Assembly: GCA_013239625.1 (NCBI GenBank)
Contig: MU053873.1
Location: forward strand, 696,524 to 760,523
Source of the DNA: Lama guanicoe
Lineage: Eukaryota
Direction: 5' to 3'
DNA: 64,000 bases
Shown in pieces: positions 48,193-57,463 of the stretch; positions within the stretch are counted from its first letter, which is position 1, and every line of letters begins with the position of its first letter. The translations under genes and the position numbers were made by a program. Below the pieces are notes generated by a model. That model did no database searches and was not told the DNA's origin. It was given only the letters and a program-made list of their open reading frames with translations.

Positions 48193-50257
48193 TTACTTCT
48201 CCCCCTTGGTGGCCTTCTCTTCTGTGGCCTTCTCTGGAGGCTTGCTATCTTTCTGGTCTGTGCTAGAGGACTTCTCGGCCTTTTCCGTCTTGGCTTTGCC
48301 GGGTGTGGAGGCCTCCTTGCTGGGCTCCTCAGGCTTCTTGGCCTCTGTGGCCTTCCCCTCCTTGGCGTCTTTTTTCTCAGGTGCTGCTGGCGTCTCTTCC
48401 TTCTTTGGCTTTTCTGGCTCCTTCTCTGCTGCTTTGCTGGGTTCTTTGGCCTTGGCATCATCTGGTTCCTTCTTGGCCACCTCAGCCTTCTCTTTGGGTT
48501 TGGCGTCTTCCTTCCCCTTGGCGGGAGCCTCCTTCTCTGGAGTTGTTGCTTTTTTCTTATCTTCAGCCTCTTCCTTCTTGGTTTCAGCTTTGGGTTCTTT
48601 GGGCTTCTCCACAGCAGGCTCCTTCTTCTCCGGCACCTCGGGCTTTGGAGCCTCCTTCTTGGGCACCTCATCTTTCTTGCTGTCCTTCTCAGTTTTTGGT
48701 GTGGCTGGAGCTTTCTCCTCCACCTTCTTTGGGGGCTCTTTGGCTTTTACCTCCTGTGGTTTCTCTTCCTCCTTCACAGGGGACTTTGCCTCTTCCTTCT
48801 TGGGGACCTCCTTCTCAGGAGCCTTGGTGTCCTCCTTCACAGGAGACTTGGCCTTCTCTGGGGATTTGGCCTCTTCCTTCACAGGAGACTTGGCCTTCTC
48901 TGGGGACTTGGCCTCTTCCTTCACGGGGGACTTGGCCTTCTCTGGGGACTTGGCCTTCTCTGGGGACTTGGCCTCTTCCTTCACAGGGGACTTGGCCTTC
49001 TCTGGGGATTTGGCCTCTTCCTTCACGGGGGACTTGGCCTTCTCTGGGGACTTGGTCTTCTCTGGAGATTTGGCCTCTTCCTTCACAGGGGACTTGTCCT
49101 TCTCTGGAGATTTGGCCTCTTCTTTCACGGGGGACTTGGCCTTCTCTGGGGACTTGGCCTTCTCTGGAGATTTGGCCTCTTCCTTCACAGGGGACTTGGC
49201 CTTCTCTGGGGACTTGACCTCCACTGGGGATTTGGTCTTCTCTGGGGATTTGGCCTCTTCCTTCACAGGGGACTTGGCCTCTTCCTTCTCTGGGGACTTG
49301 GCCTCCACTGGGGATTTGGCTTTCTCTGGGGATTTGGCTTTCTCTGGGGATTTGGCTTTCTCTGGGGATTTGGCTTTCTCTGGGGATTTGGCTTTCTCTG
49401 GGGATTTGGCTTTCTCTGGGGATTTGGCTTTCTCTGGGGATTTGGCTTTCTCTGGGGATTTGGCTTTCTCTGGGGATTTGGCTTTCTCTGGGGATTTGGC
49501 TTTCTCTGGGGATTTGGCTTTCTCTGGGGATTTGGCTTTCTCTGGGGATTTGGCTTTCTCTGGGGATTTGGCTTTCTCTGGGGATTTGGCTTTCTCTGGG
49601 GATTTGGCTTTCTCTGGGGATTTGGCTTTCTCTGGGGATTTGGCTTTCTCTGGGGATTTGGCTTTCTCTGGGGATTTGGCTTTCTCTGGGGATTTGGCTT
49701 TCTCTGGGGATTTGGCTTTCTCTGGGGATTTGGCTTTCTCTGGGGATTTGGCTTTCTCTGGGGATTTGGCCTCTTCCTTCTCTGGGGACTTGGCCTCCAC
49801 TGGGGATTTGGCCTTCTCTGGGGATTTGGCCTCTTCCTTCACTGGGGATTTGGCTTTCTCTGGGGATTTGGCTTCTTCCTTCACAGGAGATTTAGCCTTC
49901 TCTGGTGACTTCACTTCCACTGGGGACTCAGCCTTTTCTGGGGACTTGGCCTCAGCAGGGGACTTGGCCTCTTCTGCTGGGGGAGACTTTGCTTCTTCTC
50001 TTCCTTCCTCCTCCTTAGCTTCCTCCTCTTTCACCTCTTTCTCCTCTTCTTCAGTCACTTCTTCGGTCACTTGGACCTCCTCTGTCTGTTCCTCCAGAAT
50101 CACAGTTTCCTTCTCTGACTTTTCTACCACCTTGATTTTCTCTTCGCTTTTGACCTTTATGTGAGTGGTCATGGGGGGGATTTTGGGGAGTACTTCTGGA
50201 AGGGAGAAAGGAGTTGGGCCAAAGCCAATCCGACATTCTTCGCCCTCCAGGAGTTTT
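48193..50257 (-). CDS. NEFH: NEFH exon 4 coding part (tail domain, ~60 KSP motifs)
   Basis: tgcag|[24 protein letters not shown]...KATKGEK*. Confidence 0.95.
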
Positions 50258-53200
50258 CTGCAGAATGGAAAATAGAACATGTTACTATTAACTCTAAGCA
50301 GGCTGATGAGTTGCGGGCTTCCTGAGTTACTCTGAAGGGTCACAGCATCCAACGATACGTACTCTGGTGGAGGAAGGAGTGTGAATGGTGGGCGCTTTGA
50401 GACAGGAAATGGTCACTTAGTAGATCATCCCAGGGACGACCAGAATCTGTGCCCCGATGGCACTGCTCTTGTTTAATGCAGCTAAGGCTGCAACTTACAA
50501 AACATTTTTTCCTGAAAAAGGGCCCTTGAGAGAGCACCTCTATTAATAAAAATTACACTTACTGTCCCTCATAAAACATTATTCAAGAGAAAGGTGGGAG
50601 TATGAGCAAAGAATTCCACATTAATAAATCTTAATAAAAAATTAATAAAAAAATAAATTTAAGAGGTCTTAGAATGTTCCCATTTGAATTTCAAAGGTCT
50701 CTTGATATCTTATATTCTCATCCTCTGGATTTAAGGAATAAGATGGTGGCAGAGTTTCCACTCTTTCTTACTCACAAGATGTGTGACCTTAGCTAAGCCA
50801 CTCAAACTCTTTAAGCCTCAGTTTCCTCACTAGTAAAAGCAGGGTCGTAAGGAGTCCCTACCTCAGAGGGTTGTTTCAATGAAATAATGAATAAAAAGAA
50901 CCTGGCAATACCTGCCTCAGAGTAAACGTAGGCGTTACCCATACAGACCAGTGCTTTGCAAATGTAACAGCATGCAAATCACCCAGGAGTCTGATTAAAA
51001 TGCAGATTCTGATTCAGCAGGCCTAGGGTGGGGCCCGAGAGCCTGCCTTTCTGACCAGCTTTCAGATAATGTTGATTGTGCTGGTTTGTGGCCAATGCTT
51101 TGAGTAGCAAGACTAGAGATCAGGGCCAAGACAGGGGAAGTGAAGGGTGGGACCAGCCAGCAAGTGGGACAGGTCCTCAGGGGGTCAGCCCTGTTCCTGA
51201 GCAGGACACTGCCAAGCCAGGTCTCGTGGCTTTCTGATGGCTGCATTTACTGAGGGCTTTCTCTGCGACAGCCCAGTGGCACCTGCGTCATCTGGATTAG
51301 TTCAGGAACAAGATTATTAGCACCTTATCCCAACAACCCCATGATATGTGGGTACTGTTATTATAACCCCCATTTTACTTCCCCAGGAAACTAATGCTTA
51401 GAGAGCTAAGAAACTCTATGAGGCCGAGTTGTAAAGGTCCCTGACGACGCAAGTACCTCCTATCCTTGCAAAGCAGGCCTCTGGTTGGCGGATTTGGGAA
51501 GAGGGTGAGGAGCTTTTACCCTCTAAATCATTGTCAGAATGAAACTAAGTCACTCTGAAGATATTTGTCCCTCAGAAGGTAGAATGGTCGTTGCCAGGGC
51601 TGTTGGGGGGAGGGAGTGGGGAGTTACCATTTAGTAAGCACTGAATTTCAGTCTGGAAGATGAAAAAGTTCTGGAGATAGATGATGATGATGACTGTACA
51701 ACAATGCAAGCAGTTTAAATACCACTAAACTGTACACTTAAAAATGGTTAAATGGTAAGTTTTATGAGCAGGCTGCCTCACTGGGGAGCTGAAAATCCAA
51801 GGCTTCTCCTCCTAAGAACACAAAGGCGCTCCACCCCCCTGGCCCCTCACCTGTAAGCAGCAATCTCGATATCCAGAGCCATCTTGACATTGAGCAGGTC
51901 CTGGTACTCTCGGAGCTGGGCTGCCATCTCCCACTTGGTGTTCCTCAGCTCAGCATCCAGCTGCTGGATGGCTTCCTGGGGAGGAGAAATCACACACGTC
52001 ACACGTCAGTCCGCACCTGGCCCTCAGCCCCGGAGAAGTTGGGGCAGGCTAGACAAACCCAAGGCAGTCCTGTCCAGCCAGGCCAACCCCCTTCCTGTGA
52101 AAGCTACGGGGCCTCATCCACGGGCACGGAAACCACCAGGAACAAAAGTCCTGCTGTGTGTATAACCTCAGCCTGGGGAGTGGTCTGGGATGAAACACAC
52201 CAGACACCAACAATGGTTATCACAGGTAAGTGGGATGAGGGGTGAGTTTTCACAGATCTGAAGCTTAGAAAGGGCTCAGTGGGAACAGGGCCTTGTCTGC
52301 TTTGGCTCCTGATTGTTTCCCCAGTGCTCCAAAGTGCCTGCCACCTAGTAAAGGCTCGGGAGGCATCTGGTGATGAGGACTGAAACAGTGCACAGAAGCA
52401 CGTTAAATACAAGCTGAAACATCTCCCCAACCCCAAGCCCACTCAGCCACTGCTTAAGGTGAACCATTACGGCAGATTTTTATTGCCTCCTTTATCTACA
52501 GTCAACACATACTACTTGTATAAGAAGGTCTTTAAAAGTGCCATTTTCTTTCAGCTGTTGTCTTTATTGGGAGGTACCTGCCAAGGTTTTCCCCAGGCTA
52601 CCCTCAGTCACGGACACTGCTTATTGTTCATTGAACGCCCACTATGACCAAGGCCCTGCTGAGCATGCTCACTCATCTCATGAAAAGTTCACCTCTCTTG
52701 AACCTTCACAGCTCTGAAAAGGAGGCTTTTTTTTTTTCATTACATTGAGGGAATTCATATTCAGAGAAGCAGAACACTTTCCTGGGGTCACACAGCTAGA
52801 AAGACATCTTGGTATCTCTGGTATGTCTGACTCAAAAAGGGGCAGTGACTTGTCCAGGGTCACCCAGCCAGATGAGGCAGTCTCTGGCTCTCTCTGCTCC
52901 ACCCCTGCTCACCTGGTAGGATGCGATGTCAGCCTGATGACGGTCCTCCAGCTCAGAGCGCTGCCTCTCCAGCGAGTCCTTGGTGCTTTTGAGCGTCTCC
53001 AGCTCTGTGGTCCTGGCCTGCAGCTGGCGCCGGTACTCAGTTATCTCCTCCTGTGCTGAGCGCATGGCGTCTGTGTTCATCTTGGCTGCTTCTGACAGTC
53101 GGTCCAGCCTCACTGGGAGAGAAGAGGACAGAACACAGGGTTAGACACAACTGGATTTGGATTCTAGTGCCCAGATGTGGAAGGTGACACACATGGGTTG

Positions 53201-55873
53201 AGGACCTACTGAATGCAGGGTGCCATCTTGGATGCTTAACTCACCCTATCCTTTGTGACAGGCAAATGACTACTGTCCAAGGCCAGTAGACCAGTTCAAG
53301 CAGCAGAGCTGGGCTTCAAATTTAGTGTCTATCTGGCTCCAAAGATCACACTCTGTCTCCCCAAACTCAGAATCTGGAAACTCTGCAGAGCAAAGGAAGC
53401 CCCCATTTCTGGGCATCCTGGTTCAGCTCCCCAGCAAAGGCTGGCACTGCTGGGGGTTCAAGTGAGAAACTCGGCCCACGGAGCTTAACTGTGAGCTTGT
53501 GGTTGAACAAGTTAATGAGCCTGTGACCTTTAGAGGCATCGAGGGCGCTATGAGCCACCATGTAGCCATAGCCCCTTCCTTGTAGGTTTCTGCTGTGCAG
53601 AGCCCAAGGTCACTTCTGACCTGTGTGCCAGTTCCTCTGTCCCTTCCTCCACCAAGCTGCGCATTCTCTAGCACAGGAGCCCCTGCACCAATGGCAGCCA
53701 CACCCCAGCCCCTGTGAGCAATGGGTAGCTAGTTTCTAGAAGATTTTCCGGGGGCCAGTAGGGGTCTGGAAACTAGTCTGAATCTCCTGAAAGTGAACAT
53801 CCTGAATCCTGAGATAATGACACTCAGGACCTAAGTCTTGGGAATGTGGGAAGAAGAGATGCCAGCTAGGTGGTCCAGAAGTCCTCGGATGCCTGTGTGA
53901 AGGGCAAAGCCTAAGAGAGCAGAGAGGTTTGCTATGGGATGAGCCTTGCTGCAGAAATGGGGGAGGAGATGGTTCTGCCACTGCAGAGGAGAGGAAGGAA
54001 CTGGAAAAGCCATGTTTCCGAATCCTAGCTTTTCTGGTTTTCTCTGCTAATGCTAGCCAAGACTTAGAAACCATCCAAGTGGGTGAGGATTCTTACCCAC
54101 TGTGGATCACAAACCTGTATGAAAATCACTGAAGCCTCTGTCCCCTCTCCCAAGAACAATGCAGAAGTTTTACAGCCACTTTTGGAAATAATCATGGAGC
54201 TTCCCAGAGTAAGAAGCCCAGTTAGTCCATCACTCTTTCAATCCCAAAGGAAATGAAAACCAGAGAGGGCAAGTGTTGGTCAAAGTCACCCTGTAGGAGC
54301 TGGGCTCAGAGCTGCGACAGCTCAATCTAGCTGACTCAGGGTGGCTTGGAGTTGGGGGAGCGGCGGATTTGGGAGGCTCCCAGCTTTTCTTCTGGGAAGA
54401 GGGGACATTAAAGGGCCCACTGGCCACCTCAGCCTCAGGCACCAATTGGTTGTGGCGATGGTCCCCCTGGGAGAAAGAATGTGAGGGTGACCCACCCCTC
54501 CCGGACTGTCGTGGGGAGGAGCCTAATAGGTGTCAGGTGAACGGGCCCCCTGCAGTGTGCAGGAAAGGGGGATGGGCAGCGTCGGACAGGGAAGGCATGT
54601 TACTTTGAAGGGCAAAGAGCCTCCAGTTCCTGCGACTAGAAGACAGCACTGCTTTGAAGCTGTAGAGAGAACCTGATGGAGAGGGGCCTCAGAGTGGGTT
54701 ACCTAACCTTGGGAGAAGGAGCAGAGTGGACCCGTAGTTGAAGGACAGATAAAGGCATCCTGGAGGAGGCAAAAGGAGAACCCAGAGTTGTGGATAAGGC
54801 GGGGGGCTGGGTATCCTACAACTCAGAGTGAAACTGTTAAGGGGCATGCATCTTGCAAGGGGAAGCTGAGCAGGACACCATTCAACCCAGCCACCTCTAT
54901 GCAGCGCCCACCACCACCCTAGTTCACACCACCCTGCCTCTCGTTGTTCGACCAGCAGGGGCGCCCCACCCTCCCTAACCCCGCGCGCCAGCGAACCTCG
55001 GAACCACTCCTCGGACTGTAGCGTGCTCTGCACCGTGTGGCCTTCAAGCTGCGCGCGGATCTCGCGCAGTGCCGACGTCACGTCGCACTTGAGGGCGTCG
55101 CGCGCTTCAGCCTGCGCTTGCGCCTGCGCGGCGCCGCTGCCCTGGATCTGGCCGAGCAGCTCGCCCACCTCCTCCTGGTGGTGACGCCGCAGGTAGCCGC
55201 ACTCTTCCTGCAGGGCTTGCGCTTTCTTCTGCAGCTCGACGCGCGCCGCATCGGCCTCCTGAGCAAAGCGCGCGAGGGCGCGGGCGGCCGCCTCAGCCTC
55301 CTCGCGCTGCCGGGCCTCGTCGTCTAGGCGCTGGCGCACGTGCGCGATGTCCTCCAGCAGGTGCTCTTGCTCCAGGCGCAGCTGGCCGCGAGCCGCGCCC
55401 AAGCGCAGCACTGCGCCGCGCATCTCGCGCACCTCGCGCTCGTACAGCTCACCCATGGCCGAGCGGCCCGCCTGCTGCTGCCGCAGCGCCGCCGCCTCGC
55501 CTTCCAGGCTGCGGTTATGTGCCTCGAGCTGCCGCACCTTGTCGATGTAGCCCGCGAAGCGGTCGTTCAGCGCCTGCAGCTGCTCCTTCTCGCTGCGCGC
55601 CGCCGCCGCCGCCACTACGTAGCCCTCCGGTCCGTTGCTCAGCGTGTCTAGTGAGTCGGTGCTGGATGCGGCTCCTGCGCCGCGGAAGCGGCTCGGCGAG
55701 GCCGACACGGAGCTCACGGACGTCCGCGCCCACGAGTGGAAGCCGCTGGAGGAGCCGGCTGCAGAACGCACTCCGCCCGCGCCGCCCTTGCGGGCCAGCG
55801 CATAGTGCAGGCTGCCTCCTCCGTGCAGCGGCGCAAAGGCGCCCAGCAGCGCGTCCGCGCCGCTGAAGCTCAT
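48193..55873 (-). CDS. NEFH: NEFH neurofilament heavy chain, complete, 1088 aa; complement(join(48193..50257,51851..51975,52913..53112,54997..55873))
   Basis: Head [28 protein letters not shown] rod [23 protein letters not shown]...[20 protein letters not shown]-repeat tail; exons of 877+200+125+2065 = 3267 nt with compatible phases. Confidence 0.97.
49321..49770 (-). repeat. NEFH: Perfect coding minisatellite, 25 x GCCAAATCCCCAGAGAAA (AKSPEK)
   Basis: TTTCTCTGGGGATTTGGC repeated without mismatch over 450 bp on the + strand. Confidence 0.95.
50760..50930 (+). mobile_element. MIR SINE
   Basis: gtgtgaccttagctaagccactcaaactctttaagcctcagtttcctcactagtaaaa. Confidence 0.7.
50948..51112. mobile_element. 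MER5A MITE
   Basis: catgcaaatcacccaggagtctgattaaaatgcagattctgattcagcaggcctagggtggggcccgagagcctgc...ctttgagtagcaag. Confidence 0.8.
51575..51765 (+). mobile_element. L1MB-type 3'UTR fragment
   Basis: agaatggtcgttgccagggctg...tttcagtctggaagatgaaaaagttctggagatagatg...ctgtacacttaaaatggttaa. Confidence 0.75.
51851..51975 (-). CDS. NEFH: NEFH exon 3 (125 bp)
   Basis: cccag|GAAGCC...TACAG|gtgagg; [41 protein letters not shown]. Confidence 0.95.
52913..53112 (-). CDS. NEFH: NEFH exon 2 (200 bp)
   Basis: cccag|TGAGGCTG...TACCAG|gtgagc; [31 protein letters not shown]... Confidence 0.95.
54997..55873 (-). CDS. NEFH: NEFH exon 1 coding part (877 bp)
   Basis: GCCAAGATGAGC start; ends TGGTTCCGAG|gttcgc. 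Confidence 0.93.
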
Positions 55874-55965
55874 CTTGGCCGGAGCAGGTGCGGCTGCCGG
55901 CGGAGCGGGAGCCTGAAGCCAGGACGGGGAGGGCGGCACTGCGGCAGCTCCGGGGCGGCCGGCCC

Positions 55966-55972
55966 TTTTATA
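55966..55972 (-). promoter_or_regulatory. NEFH: NEFH TATA box (TATAAAA)
   Basis: CTATAAAAGG on the minus strand ~95 bp upstream of the ATG, with GC boxes further upstream. Confidence 0.85.
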
Positions 55973-57442
55973 GCAGCCCGGCGGGGTCCAGCCCCTCAGC
56001 AGTTGAGGGGGGGGAGCGGGGGAGGAGGGCCCCGCCCTCTCCGCCTCCTCCCCCAGCGGCCCGGGGCCGACCGGCTCCGCCGCAGTGAGAGGGGTGGGGC
56101 AGGGTAACCTAGGAGTGAAGGGGAATCGATGCAGCGTCAGAGGAGCCCCCCGAGGCCGAGTCAGCGGGTGGAGGACTCCCGGAGTGGACCAACAGGGACC
56201 CCCGGATGCGGGTCGGAAGACTCTGCTACTATGTTCGGAATAAGGGAAGGAACCAGAAGGGGAGAGGACAAGGAGACCTGATAGGAATAGGGGCAGGATG
56301 CCTAAGGGATGTAGCAATAGAAGACTCTGTAGTCAATAGGATGAGGGGGGCCTCTGAATGAGAGGGGCACAAGATTCTCCTAGCAGTTAGCCCCTTATGA
56401 TCAGGGGTACAGAGTGTCTGCAGCCGGCCCAGAATAGGGGAGGGAGAAAAGTAATCTAAATGGAGGTGTAGTGGACGCTACAGAGGATGGAGATAGACGA
56501 CCCCTGAATGGAGGTATACAGTTCCCCTAGTAGCTAGAGGGGCCACCAGGAGAGGGCTCAGGGAACTTTGCTGCCAACTCCAGAAGAGGGGAGGGGGACC
56601 TAGAGTTGGCGAGGGCGGCAAGGCTACCCTGAACTAGGGTTGTGGGAGACACTGCAGAAGATGGAAAAGGGAAGCCCAGATGGGGCGGTGGGGCACTGGG
56701 ATCTCTGCAGATAAGAGATGGGAGACCCTGCAACTGACCCCAGCAAGGGGAAGCCTCAGTGAAGTGGGCAGAGGGTCCCCTGTAAAGACAGGGTGTGAGG
56801 GTCAGAGAACCCAAAGTGGGGGTGCTGTGGGGTACTGAGCATGAAGTTGGGAGAACTGACGTCTATGTGGGGTGGGGAGAAGTGATAAGTGTGCTAGAAA
56901 TCACTCAGGCCAGGGTCTGCATACTGAGGTCAGCTCCACAGTTGGTGGCCAAAGGACCTTGGGAAAGTTGTGCACCCTGCTCGGTTTTCCCCGTTTGTAC
57001 AAAGGACCTTGCCCTGGGTCAGTCTGCAACTCTAGAGCCTCTGCTTCCCCAGTAGCTTTTTCTTTGTGTGTGTGGAGGGAGTCTCTTGCTGAATTGGAGG
57101 AGAACCCTCCTACTGCCTGTGGATGTAGCAGCCGCTTTCCCACAACTAGGAAGTCCATCTTTCTTCCTCTAACCTCCCTGCTTTTCAGCTTCAACTTGTC
57201 ATCTCTCCCCCACACCCACAACAGACAAGTGGGTGCCATGATAGGCCTTCATTCTCAGCCCCAGAGAAGTGGTGGGATGCTTTCAGAGTATCAGAGTCCC
57301 TCACCCCCATAAGCTCTAATTCAGGTAGAAAAGGGGGCCCTGGTATTTGGAGGGCCTTGCAGCTGCTCTTGTAATTTGGCTTTTTCTTGGTTTTGGCTCA
57401 AGTTAAGTGCCTTGGGAGTTGGGGCGGCGCTGCGGCTGGTGC

Positions 57443-57463
57443 TTCAGCACCAGGGACAGGGCC
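57443..57463 (+). promoter_or_regulatory. RE1/NRSE (REST-binding silencer) upstream of NEFH
   Basis: TTCAGCACCAGGGACAGGGCC is a 19/21 match to the consensus TTCAGCACCACGGACAGCGCC, ~1.5 kb upstream of a neuron-specific gene. Confidence 0.85.

Larger units (their letters stand above)
54950..56220. promoter_or_regulatory. NEFH: CpG island over NEFH promoter and exon 1
   Basis: Very high CpG and GC density. Confidence 0.85.

Noticed and set aside
48133..50164. Long + strand ORFs (591 aa WGFGFL repeat; 667 aa SGDLAF repeat; 304 aa)
   Set aside because: Antisense shadows of the K/E/A/P/S-rich repetitive NEFH exon 4, whose codon usage rarely yields reverse-strand stops. They have no promoter, splice or homology support.
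50258..50352. N-terminal MDAVTLQ... part of the 719-aa ORF
   Set aside because: Intron 3 sequence upstream of the exon 4 acceptor.
55640..55670. Split RE1-like motif in NEFH exon 1 (TCCAGCACC-n8-AGACAC)
   Set aside because: The right half-site is too degenerate, and the sequence is explained by coding constraint.
55874..56317. 148-codon in-frame extension upstream of the NEFH ATG
   Set aside because: Runs through and beyond the TATA box and begins at a non-ATG codon; expected stop depletion in a GC-rich island.
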